Assembly (NCBI GenBank): GCA_038496445.1
Contig: JALMLS010000253.1
Span: 1 to 64,000 of the forward strand
Length of the DNA: 64,000 bases
Direction: 5' to 3'
Source: Trichosphaerium sp. ATCC 40318
Taxonomy: Eukaryota; Protista; Tubulinea
This document shows, piece after piece, positions 11,251-23,600 of this stretch (its first letter is position 1; each line of letters opens with the position of its first letter). A program made the position numbers and the translations under genes. A model generated the notes under the pieces. The model searched no databases. It saw only the letters and a list, made by a program, of their open reading frames with translations, and was not told where the DNA came from.

Positions 11251-12407
11251 CTAGCGTGTGAGGTTTGGGCCTGTTTGTGCATATCGTGCAATTGTTGGAA
11301 CGCTTAACGATGCCTTGTGGATGCAATTCATGAAATTGAAAGGCCCAACAGCTGTTCTCGCAATCTCCTTACATATTCCAAGCGTACCAACATGTTCGGC
11401 AATATCCTAATGGCGTAATGTCAAACAAATTTACTTGCCAACGAAAAGAAAGCTGATAGCTTTTTTTGAGAATTACCTTTGTCAATGATCTCACATAGGT
11501 ACCGGAGGAGCATGTTACTGTCGAGATGTTAGCTCAATTTATTGGTTCTTATGTGTGTACCTGTGTAAGCAAAGTATGGGGGCTTGAACCATTCGAGCTT
11601 ATTAGCATAAATTGTCACCTCGCGTTCTTATTTGAAAAAAAAGTAAGTCTCAAGTGCAATTCTCGAGCTGTCAGTCGTACTTTTAATCGACATGTCAATA
11701 TCTACACCAGCTCTAGCCAAGTGGTATAATCGTTTTCCCTTGTATTTGAGCGCTGAGTATTTCGGTGGGCATTGTTCTACAACACCAGTGTACTTTTCAA
11801 TAGCGTCCATCAACATCTCTGCAGTAACATGATCGTACTCCTTACCTGCTGTGACAGGGCCATCATAATCGCCTGTTGTTGTGTCAATACCTAATTCTCC
11901 AACGCAATAGTACGTCTAAGTCGGTATTTAGGTATAAATTACTGTTTTTTCTTTTCTGCTGGTTTCTTGAACCCTCATTGCTAAAGCGTACCTTTGGCAT
12001 AGATAATACATGGTCTAGTGCTTTGCATCCCTTTGTTCCTAAGCCGAAGACTAACAAAAGGTGTCATTATATGCACGTTTTTTAAAACCCATTACAACAA
12101 GTGACGTACCACATACGCCAGACGCAAGAGGATCTAATTTACAATGAAGTGTCAAAAATCGAAGTGACACATGTTTACATTTTCGCACCTAGTGTGCCGC
12201 CATGGCCAATTTTTTGCTTTTTGGGGTTATTTGGATTAGTTGTGTGGGTGGTACTGTTTGTAAGCAATCTTCTCGTTGCCTAATCATGTTCTGTTGGTAT
12301 TTTAAAAAAAACAGTACAATTGGATAGCGTACGGACATAAACTGCACCGTTGTTGGGCCCTTCGGCTTCCATACGCCTATAACTGAGTTTACGAGCGTGC
12401 GACTCAT
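11251..12407 (-). CDS. truB: tRNA pseudouridine(55) synthase, TruB/Pus4 family (spliced)
   Basis: Motifs VWKPKGPTT, KIGHGGTL/DPLASGV, GELGIDTTTGDYDG, QCPPKYSALKYKGKRLYHLARAG, SSGTYVRSL and RTAVGPF across short introns. Confidence 0.93.
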
Positions 12408-12658
12408 TTAGTTGGCTTCTTCACTTGACAAGCGAGGAGCGAGTTCGTTGCGTTGAGTGTCGAGACACAAAACCTTGTTGTGCGTGTCAGAAGCTGTTTT
12501 TTTTTTTTGTTTCAAAAATGAGATTTTTATTGACCAATCTTCTTTTCAGGCCTGATCATAGCGCACAAGGTGTTACCTATTCAATGTAACCCGAATACAG
12601 TGTTATAACACCTATTTAACCTAAACGCTTGCTTTACTCCTCTCCGTTAGTACAATCA

Positions 12659-14411
12659 ATGCTAAAAGAAAGGTTTAGATCGTTTCTGGGCGCTGTTGAA
12701 GACAGGTAATGGTAAAACTGAATTGTAGTTGAAAATTTTCATCAAAAAAAAGAAAAAATTTGCTTACACTTCATGTCTAGGACGCTGACCATCGCTTCGA
12801 ACCTCAAAAGCGATTTCAAAGGGTTCGGAGAGGACATACAAAAATCACAAGGCGATTTGAAAGAAGTTTTACAAAAAGGCCCTGCGCCGTATCTCTACAA
12901 GGACACTGTCAATCCATCCGCTGGAATTCCACAGTTATCTACGTGTGTTTAAAAGAAAAAAAAATTTTTCAACAACGGCGGACATTGTGAAAGAAACTTC
13001 ACTACACATGAGTCACAGCAAACAGCCTTCGAATTAATTGAGTGCCTAGGTATGACCAAAGTTTATTCGCTCTACATTACAACAACAAGGTGTTGATCAA
13101 GCGATCAGGTGTAAGGTTTTTATTTTTTTTTTTTTCATTTAATTTATTTTTGTCGGTTTGATTTTTATGTACTGAAACAACCTTATAAGGTTGCACAAAA
13201 GGAACTGAAAACTGCAGCGGCGAGGATCAACCGTGAAGAAAAAGCTTGGAGCGCATTATCGGCAGAAATGTCAACATTACCAGCACTTTACCAAAACTTG
13301 GTAAACACACAACGCAAATTACGTGCGTGTACCACTTACCACTAGCTTTGCGTTTTATTGTCAAAACATGTCAATTTTCGTTGTACATGATGTCATTACC
13401 CGGTTTAACGTTGGTGTACGATAAATATGCTTATACCAACTAGAGATACTGTGTATTCGCACACGAGAGCTCGAGAAAGTTATGTTGGCCGTTGAAAAGG
13501 AAACATACAAAAAGCAGATTCAGAACTGGAAAAACCTTCATGATAAGCAACTAGTTGACCACAGAAATGAACGAATGCACGTGCAAACTGTATCTTTTTT
13601 TTTTCAAAGCAATTAAACAAGACATATCACTAACCACGATATTAGAAAAGCACTCCAAGATTTAGAGAAGGAATTGAAATTGCGTCAAGATGCGTATGTT
13701 TGGTTTTTTCTCATGTGACACCCACAATGTGTCACTCATTTTTTTTAAAATTGTTGTTTTGACCAAGATCGTAGGGAGCACCATGAGCGATACCAGAGGC
13801 TACAAGAAAAGCAACGCCAATTTTTACAAGCTGAACAAGATGAGAGGGAACGTATACGTGCTGAATTAGAACGAAAAGCAGCTGAAGAACTCAGAAATTA
13901 TCAGCTCTATGGCGGTTGGGGAAACGAACAACAAACAAGTGCGCAGTTAGTTTTAAGCTGCTAACAACAGTATCTTCTATTTAAAATTATACTAACGTTT
14001 AATTGTACCACAGGTTCCCCAATGTCACTAGCAGATGTAGATGTACCACAAAGTAATGAGCTAGAAAATTTTTTGGCAGGCGCTAGTCCTGAGGAGGATG
14101 CTCATTTGTCTAGATTTTTAGAACAGGCTGAAAATCAGGTCGCTGTCTATTATGATCACGATGATCTAGAACCTCTTAGTCATCACGTTGGTATTGCACG
14201 TGAAGAAATGCCTGAGGATTCAAATGAGAGCAAGGACGGTGAAAAAGAACCTACTGCGCAAGATGTAGTGCCTGTAGAGGACGAACAACCAGATGTCGAA
14301 AACCGACCTGTAATTGCACAAGATGAAATGCCATCACCGCCACCAAAACGCTTGAGCGAAGATACGACTATTGAAAAACCACCTACGGACGCTGTTGACC
14401 AAACTGGTTGA
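12659..14411 (+). CDS. Hypothetical coiled-coil protein with acidic/Pro-rich C-terminus (spliced)
   Basis: ATG at 12659 (MLKERFRSFLG), regular GT-AG introns, E/Q/K/R-rich exons at 13.4-13.9 kb, and last exon matching ORF 14022-14411. Confidence 0.6.
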
Positions 14412-16229
14412 TTTTCCTTCTAATAAACCGACAAAAGAAAACTACGTTATAAATAAGGGCGATAATAGGGAATGAAGCGCTAGTTACAAGTTGTCGACAA
14501 CATTTTGTTGATTTAACCCAAAATAGTTTATTCAAATCAATCGCTATTAGTTACAACCAGTTAACGCTTGTGATTGTGTTTTTTTATTGTCCTGGAAGTA
14601 TGTCATTATTGTTTTTAAAACGTAGAGTAGTGAATTTAATGTGCCCAGCAATTAGCAATGCGTCGACAAGTTGATTTGATTCAATACGTTATTGGTGTCA
14701 CTGACATAAAATGTAAGTCGTCAAACAATTTGCTTAAATGTTCGTCTAACGACTTGTACAGACAGTGTGGCTTGTTTTTGATCCATAACGCGCTGAAGTA
14801 CCTTTGTAGTTTTGTTTAGAGTTGGCAATTTTTGTTTGAATCTAAACGAAGAGATAATACCGAAATAACTTCACACTTTGCAGAATCCGCATAATGTGTC
14901 GCTGTATTTGCAAATAAACGTTGCAAGTAGAAAAAAAAAGCCAAAAATATTAGTTATTGACTTTAAACGTGGCGTTTGTATTTGCAATACTGTGTGGCCA
15001 GCGAAATTTGCACGATGAAGTCTTTGACAGGCAATATAAAGTGACTTGATACGAAATTTTACAAAAATTTACACTTTTTTTGTTACTGTACGCGTACAAC
15101 GCACAAGTCTGTGTAAAAATTTTTTACAACGGCTACACACCACGCCTTGGTTGTGTATATTGTACCTACACCTCTCCACTCCTCCAATAGCCGTTTGTGT
15201 GTTACAGACCAAACGAACAACCGAAGCAAACATACAAAGCCATACAGCATAAACGTCTGAGGATGGCGAACAGAAGAAAGACGACAACGAGAAGGGGAGG
15301 GACGACAACGATACCATCAAAATGCAAGCTACAAACTACACCCTATAATTTCACAACATACTTTCCGTTGTTGCAGGCGCAAAATGGGTCACAATTGCGT
15401 GCCTTGCCGCGGCCTTACAAAAAGCTAGAAAATTTTTTTGTTAACACTTCTGTAGGGGGCTTCAAATGCCCAGAATGTAGCTCGTTAAAGGTCGTATGGG
15501 ACAGAGCAATAGCCATGTGCTCCTGTCAGGCTTGTTGTGCGCAGTTTTTCGGGCCACCGTGTAAAGTACGTATTGCATGTCACTCTACAAAACACGCTAA
15601 AGGGTTTTCAAAGCACTGTGGTGCCACTGGATCGTCGAAGCCACATCAGCTAAACTTTGGAAGGTGTGCTCTTGTAACGAAACGCCTTGCTTCATTCTCA
15701 CTGTAAACGTTGTAGGTGGAAGTGTAGAAGCTGTAATCGTACTTTCATACCACCAAACAAAGGTAAAAACCACAAGCGCCGTGAAAACGGAAAAAAATCG
15801 GCTACAAATCAATTAGCGAAGCCGTTTGTGACAATACTCATATGAGCCACACATACTTACATTTTTTTTTTGCAAAAAAGGTGGAACGAGAGGAGTAAAG
15901 AGAAACTACATCGCTGCTACAGCCGTAGATGATGATGACGGGCAAGATATCAAGCGTGTGAAGGTCACACATAGCCCACAGTGCTCAGTGTACGTAAAAG
16001 TAACAAATGTAAACTCAAAAAAAACTTTCGTCACAAAATATTTTTTTCGACTCATTTGCCCCGGAAACACCTCCAAACTATTTGTTTTGCTTTTTCGTTG
16101 TGTGTGGCGCTAAGATTTAGCGCGAAACTCACGTGTAACCACTTTTCTGCTACACGTTCGATTTTCGGTTATTTAACACGTATTTATGCTTCTACTTAGT
16201 GCAACAACCAATGACTTGTATTTGTACAG

Positions 16230-17992
16230 CGAATGTGCGAGTCAGGGCGTGTTACCCTTTACACAGTCTTCACATACACCTAATGATATTGAACAGCCTG
16301 CAAACGAAGCACTATCAAGTTTGGTGTACAAGTACGTACTTTATTACGCAAACTGACAAAAAAAAAAGCGTGGAAAACTGTACTGCCGTTTTTGTTTTTT
16401 TGGCAATCTTTGAACTATTCCTCATATTCGTCTTTCAAAAATAGGATTGGTGACCACTGCAAGCGTCATAATAGCGAATCTCATGCTTCATTTTTACGCG
16501 CTCAAGCTATTGCTGCTCTGTACTACATGACGGAGGTTATGTGGAGTCACGACAGTGAAAACGAAAAGCTGACTGCCTCACAATCAGCCTCTATACCAAA
16601 CTCGCTTGTCAAGGAGCTGCTTCATGCTATTTCACTACACAACACGGATAAGGTGCACAAAACATCTTTTTTTGATTATTTTAATAAAATAACTACAAAC
16701 TTACACTTTTTGTCTCAAGGAGCTCGTTGGCTGGATAATGCGTGCTTTATGTCGCTTAACGCTAAATGCTGATAATGCACGACGACTTTATGGTGATAAT
16801 GGGCACATACTCGCTTTGATAGTACAGTCTCTTGGCAAATTTGTACATCCAGACGCAGGAGAGGCTGATGGCATTGTCTTGCAAGGACTTTCGTCCATGT
16901 ATGCTATCCTTGCTAGTAACGCAGATCAGGTGGCTTCAACACAGGTAACTAGTGCTTTTTATTTGTATGAATTTGTGCAATGTCTGACCGTGTTAAAAAG
17001 GTGGATTTGCTCACTAAATGGAGTGATATATTAGTTAGAATTATGTTAGCGTTCCCTGAGCATGTTGTCTTGCAAATGTTGTGCACACGTATTGCGTATG
17101 TTCTGAGTAACGCGTATGCGCAGGTAGAAGGTTATGTAAATAAGAACAGATCAACGATGCTCAATGTTGCGCGAGAGATGGCTAGAAGGATAGCTGTAAC
17201 ACATACACCATGTACGCAGTGTTTTTTGAAACAAAAACAACCCGTTTACTGATACTTTTCGCGAACACAGGTGATCCTCAAGAAGATTTTACAAAAGAAG
17301 AAAACTGCACTTCTATTGCGTTCATTACTCTATCTCGCATAACCCATCGGGACGAGACTATCCTAGGAGATATAGAAGAGGCTCTTCCTTTGGCTAAAAT
17401 GTTAAACACAATAAGTGATATGCTATCGCAATCGCTTACGTTGCAAAATACAACAACAACTTCACAGCAATCTACAACTGCTGCTGACGCACCCAACCCA
17501 AACACAATTTTTCCTCAGCTGCTATTGCAGGAGGCTATCCAACTTCTCGGTGTTGCTGCGCTAGCGCTAGGTCAGAAAGCGAATGAAGACACTGTGTTGG
17601 TAGACGACAGTTGCGCTTTCACTATTGAGAACTCTTCGCAAAAACTGATGCATACAATATCCAACTTGTTGTCAAACGGTTGTAGCCATAACCCGGATAG
17701 CCTATGTGCTATCTGTAATGTGCTTCTTAAAATCATACCACCAAAAGGACAAAGGCAACCGGGATACTCAAAGTTTGGTGACATGGCTAGAAAAAACGGG
17801 ATACCAACACAATTGCACAGAGCGATGGAGTTACATCGAACTCATCCAAAAGTTCAAATTCATCTCTACGGTGTTCTCTCGTCTCGTCTTGAGTCTAATG
17901 GGAAAATGGAAATGCCAAATTCTGGGGAGATTGTCAAGTTACTAGCGGAGGCTATGTGCATCAACAAACAGGCCAATTTGGTTTCTGTGTAG
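16230..17992 (+). CDS. Hypothetical alpha-helical (ARM/HEAT-like) protein; 5' end uncertain
   Basis: Chain of + strand exons (16392, 16738, 16980, 17210 ORFs) joined by short GT-AG introns. ARM-like segments such as GIPTQLHRAMELHRTHPKVQIHLYGVL. Confidence 0.55.
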
Positions 17993-18310
17993 AGCATGAA
18001 AAAAAAAAAGAAAAAGAAACAACAAAAAAAAAATAAGAACAAAACAAACAAAAAAAAGAATTTACAGAAAAGTGAAAATAAATTACTGTGCACGCATCGT
18101 TTGAGCGGTGGACGTGTTAAAAAAACCCTATGCACCGGTTGGGTTCAATGATTGCCTTTCTTGTATCATTTTTTTTAATAGTTTCAATGAGGGAAGCACT
18201 TTTTTCGGCAAATTTTTTTGTATTTTCTGGTACGATTTTTCACGTAACTTGGATTGTTGGGTTCGAGACTTAATAGTCACCATTTTTTAACCATTTGATC
18301 ATAGCACGCC

Positions 18311-19798
18311 ATGTTTGATCCATCAGAACTCGCTAAAAAGAAGAACGCACTTTCTAAAACAGAACCACTCCCTGACAGGTCAATAAATCTTGGTGCTCGT
18401 ATGTTTTGCGTATATAAGTAGTGTATTATTGACGTTACCACAGCGGAGATAGATGTAGTCGCTTATCAAAAGAAAATGGTGGCAGTTAATATTGAACATT
18501 GGATAAATGAGTTAAAAGTGCGAATTACGCGTCTTTAGTTTGTTAAACGTCGGTTCTAGGGCCTTACGTTTGAAACGGAGTTTTATCCTTTATCTGAAGA
18601 GAACGCAAGAGTGTTGATGAAGGTACACGTCCACTATTACTTTCTCTAATTTTAGACGACTGTCATCGTTTTTTCTGACAATGTTAGGCATATGATTTGA
18701 AACAAGAAAAAAAGCCATTCACTCAAGATGTACAAACAGCCTTTAACGAGATTGAAACCGGATTACAAAAGGTACAGCCAAACACCAATCACGACTTGTG
18801 ATTCACGTGGTTGATAGGTGATTGACAGTGTGCGTGGTGCAGACACCAAGGTGTTTGTAAAAACGTCAAGTAGAAGTGCCAAGGACACAGTAATTTATGC
18901 CGCACAATTCGAGTCAGTGTACAAGGAATGCTTGAAGAAACTTAAAGAGCAAGACATGAACGCCAAGGTAAGTAGTGAAATACTGCTTCTATGAGTGCAG
19001 CTACAGGGTAAGGCTCAAACTGAGTTTTGTAGGTTGTAGCACTCATGCAAGCAGGGACATTATTGTTGGCAACAAAGAATGCAAAAGAACTTCTCGAGAA
19101 CTTTGTACTATCAGAGCGTGTATACATTGTACGTGTACTACTTCAAACACAGCTGAGGCCTTATAACATAAATAGGATATGCGAGTTGCCCTAAATTTAC
19201 CAGAGCAATTTAGCGAGAACTTTGCTGTAAGAAAGTGGATTGACATTGATGTTGACATGGAGTTCCGGTATACTAACATTGATTTCTTTTCACCTTTTTG
19301 GTGTAACTTCTCTAACCAAGTATTAGTGGCTTTGTTTATGACAACAAACTAACGCAATTGTCTCAATACAATCACTTACCATACTTTGAGCGCTTGATAG
19401 AGCGCAAAGATGAGCTACTGGCAAAGATTGTCAAGTTCTACGAAGAAAAAGTTATGCCACGCTTGAAGGATAAATTTACAGCATATGTTGTTGACTTTGC
19501 TATCACAGGTAACACGTTGCAAATAAAAAGAATGTTCTAACAAAAACCTAAGGCGAGAACTACGATCAATTGTGGGTTATTGAGTTGAATCCTTTTGAAG
19601 ATACAACAGATGGTGCTATGTTTAGCTGGCAGAAAGAACGTGATCTTTTACTCGGTAAAAAACCATTCGAGTTTAGGTACTCATTTAAGCACGTGTTAGC
19701 AAACTCAACTGACTTGTTTTTTAAGGTTGAAGGAGAAAAAAGACGCAGGTATTAAAGCTGCAATTATGTCTAGTTGGCGTAAGTTTATTGAAGAATAA
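18311..19798 (+). CDS. Cdc123-like (D123/R2K clade) ATP-grasp protein with N-terminal actobindin/WH2-like motif
   Basis: Motifs VFVKTSSRSAKD, AVRKW..DMEFR/GFVYDNKLTQLSQY, YVVDFA and WVIELNPF..TDGAMFSW. Confidence 0.85.
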
Positions 19799-19883
19799 TC
19801 CTTATTGAAAGGAAATAAACCTGATTTTAAATATGCAGCTTCATTCTTTTATTTTCTCGCTGAGGTTAACCTCAGATTGTGGT

Positions 19884-20468
19884 TTACTTTATTTCTTTAT
19901 CGGGAATCTGTGCGCCTAGTTCTTTAAGCATTCCTTGTATTTTTGCATGTTCAAGGTGAATTGCTACTTGTAGTGGCGTTGTATAGGTAGCTAAACAGGT
20001 CTTTCCACAGTCATACGACTCAACGTTTATATTTGTTTCAGGGTGTTCTAATAACGCTTTGACAACGTCCACGTGATCAAGAGCACATGCCAACCAGAAT
20101 GGATACACTTCTTCATCCTCTCCTACTGTGGGGTACATACATGGCTTGTTTGGATCCGCGCCACGTTTGAGCAGAACACTGGAAATGGAGGTCAATTAAT
20201 TGTTTCTTTTGGATTAGCAAAATACCAAAACAAGCACGTACCGAACTGCATCTGCATTGTTTGTGGCTACGGCAATCATAATTGGGGTGCCTTGTCATGT
20301 CTAAGCGGATAAACGCTCTAAACTGATTATATTTGTACCATCACCGCCGTAAATTATTCCTGAACTTCCATACTCAGTTGTTGGAGCGTTAACTGATGCC
20401 CCTTCATCAATTTCAGCCTGGAGCTCTTGTATCGTTCCAGAGCGTATAATTTCGGCAAGTTCGCTCAT
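19884..20468 (-). CDS. Small ankyrin-repeat protein
   Basis: Motifs IDEGASVNA, LLKRGADPN, PFWLACALDHVDVVKALL and TPLQVAI..LKELGA. Confidence 0.85.
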
Positions 20469-20615
20469 GCTGTCGTTGAGAGCGGTGAAGGAAGTGTCTT
20501 AGCTCGTTAAGTAATAAGCAAAAAAATCAGAAGTTAACGTCTGGTTGGTGCCAATAAACGCGATGTTTACCAGATAAGCGTAAACGGGTGTGGATTATCT
20601 AAGTTCAAGTACAGG

Positions 20616-23600
20616 ATGAGTACAATCAGTCTCAAATCTTGTAGTACAGGTAAATCTCTCAAACTAGAGAAAATATGCGTAGACACTACAATTCGTGGGT
20701 TCCTATCAGGTTTGTCTTGCTTTGTTGGTCATAGATACTTCTAACGTTTTTTAGAAACAACGGTAACGCTTGAGTGGCGCAATGACACAATAGAAAAGGA
20801 CTTAGCAGCCGAATTTATTTTTCCACTTTCAGAAGGCACTTCTTTTTTGAATGTTTATTCATCATTTCACTGAATTTAACACTTGTTCGTAGGTGCAACT
20901 CTTTGTGGGTACGCTGTGGATGTTAGTGGTGGTATGCTACCGGCTGTTGTCTGTCAAAAACAAAAAGCTAGGTATTTAATCCAAGAATGTAAATGTCAAC
21001 TTCTAAGCTGAATTAGAGTTGCTTTCGAATCTGAAGTTAGAAACTCGTCTTATGGTGCCGCTATTGCTGAACACCTAGTACGCTTGTTTCACACTTTTAA
21101 CTACTATTAATGACAGTAGGTTGGCAACGTCTTCAAAGCACGTGTTTACCCAATTCCAGAGGGTGGCTGCCGGACAGTTCAAGTGACCTATTCTGCTGAA
21201 CTGAATCGCTCTTCTGAAAATAAACCGTACATTTATAAGGCTCTATTCAATGCGAGTAACGACCAGGTATCTGGCAAGCAAACCAAAGGCGTCATTGGTA
21301 TAAGCATGAAAGTTAAAGTACTTGGCAAGCTTCGACCAGATTTCCGTATCAAGGGATCCCTTGCAGAGGCTGCTGCTTTGCAGGAAGACTCAACAGGCTG
21401 GATCATAACATCAGGAGCAGTCACTCCAACACTATCTGAGAATATTATGGTAAAAATCCCAACCCGAAGTCAACCTAATGTGCAATGTGGCTGCGCCAAA
21501 CAAGGTATGTTCATAAAGTTTTTCCTTTTGAGTAACGTATACTGTAGGAGGTTTCTTTGCTGTGCAAGACTACATCGCGATTCCAGTGAGTAAGAAAACT
21601 GAAAGCGACTGTGGCATCGGTATCTATTGGGATATGTATGATAATTCTTAGTAGCATTTCACTAACGCTCTCATAGATCATACAGCCAACAAACGATCCA
21701 ACAGTCTCTTACATTTCTCAAACGGCTCCTTCCGCAATTAGGGGCTAGACACGTGCCTTGTCATGTGTACTGCTTTTCCAATGTTGCTGAGGATGTAAAG
21801 GAGTTCACTATTGGAAGTACTGATAATGTGATTACATACCTGAAGCGTCAATGGTATGTTGGAGGTATGAACAAGTACCAAAAAACAGCATTCTAATTCT
21901 GTATAGGCACAAATATGAGTCTCCTCCATACCCGAGCAAAAGGCCCACAAAGTACAAACTATAAATACTTTTTGGCGTTTACAGACGGGACTGATACAGT
22001 AGGTTCTGGAGCTACGCCTGACTTTGAAGGCAAGGTTTTTGCCGCCACAATTGTGTTGTTAATAGTTGATTTCTAGTTCCTTTACATTGTTTCTCATACT
22101 CTCCCATGTCCGATCACTCGTTGTTACGGTACCTATCACTTGATTTATTTTAAGAACTTTAGTAAGGGTTTTAATTGGCGTAGAACTTGGTCAGCACAGA
22201 GTGGTGGACAATACTTCAACCTATACGAAAACGATTCCTTGTCGCCTATCATTTCTGCTTTGAACAATTCAAACGCCTTTGGACTAATTGGCATACGATA
22301 TCCTATGGGTTCATTAGAACAAGTAAGTGTTGTATCGTGTGCCTTTGATAACGTTTATCAAGGTATATCCTTCAGGTCCGATAGTGAATAAGTCCAAGAT
22401 TTCCATTGCCGGTAAATTTACGGAAAGGGTGAACGCTTTGGACAAAATTGATTTGGAGCTTGATTATGGCTATGTGCACTCAAGAAAGATCATCAAAACG
22501 ACTAAGATCACGCTTCCTGTTCCAAACAAGGACGATGAAACTACCAGTGTAGCAAGATTTTGGGCGCAGGTGCAGTTGTTTTTGTGTTGTGATGCTTCTT
22601 ATTTTTTTATCAATAGCGGAGGGTTGACGAACTTGCTTTAACAGCTACTCCTGATGCTTTTTCCGAAATTGTAAGGATAGGCATGGACTTCAACTTTGTA
22701 ACTAAAGGCACTTCATTGATAGTACTAGAGAAATTGGAGCAGGTGCTATAGAACTTATACCGATTCTTTGCATCTAATTGTAGTTTAGTACTTGAGATAT
22801 AAAATACAACCTCCAGCGATTCTCACAGATGTATTGAGGCAATACAAGCAGATTATAGCGTGTAGAAAAGAATCAGCGGCACTACAAGAGTATACTAAAA
22901 TAAATAGAGTCAAGTCATTATGGCAGATAAGGAAAGAATGGTGCGGCCTTAATGCCTGTAGTTTTTGTTAACAACCTTTTAAGGTGGGGATTGTCTAGGT
23001 TTGATACAACCCAACATGATGACTATGTGCCACACTGCTTTCTTGGATCTAGTGATTTCAATAACGCTTTTGAAATAAGCGAAGACGCTTCCTTAGAAAT
23101 AAGGTCATCTTTGAAACCACACGAAACCCGATTAAATACAAAGACACGTGCCTGTTTACCAAAGCGCACCAAGAAATTAACCAGTAAACCTAAATCCATT
23201 ACTTTTGTACGTCACATGTGATATCGACCCTTGTAACTTGTATTTAGATACCACCAAGTGTACAACATAAGCGGCAATTAAATAGCTTAGATAGCTTGGA
23301 CGGTTCTGTATACGCGTATTCTGGTTCCCTGTCCTCTGGTGGCATCAAAGATCATATTGAACCAAAGGTTGATACGCTCACGCCAAAGCTTGTGACACCT
23401 GAACCAACACAAAACAACAAAACAAAACGAGGCAAGCTATCAAGCTCTAGAAAACAAACCAAAGATCGAAAACCAGATGTGCAACGGCCGTCACAGCCAG
23501 CTGTTCAAGCAAGAGAAAATCAAGAAAGCCAAATTGGAATTGAAATGAGCTCAGAAGCTGGGGATGCATATAGAAAAGAACAGGATTACAGAAGATGGAA

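Noticed and set aside
11070-11300. ADD-like zinc finger (CTIC..HPLFGGSRC) at the TruB C-terminus
   Set aside because: It lies in a different frame. TruB reads GPFNFMNCIH.. and stops at 11251.
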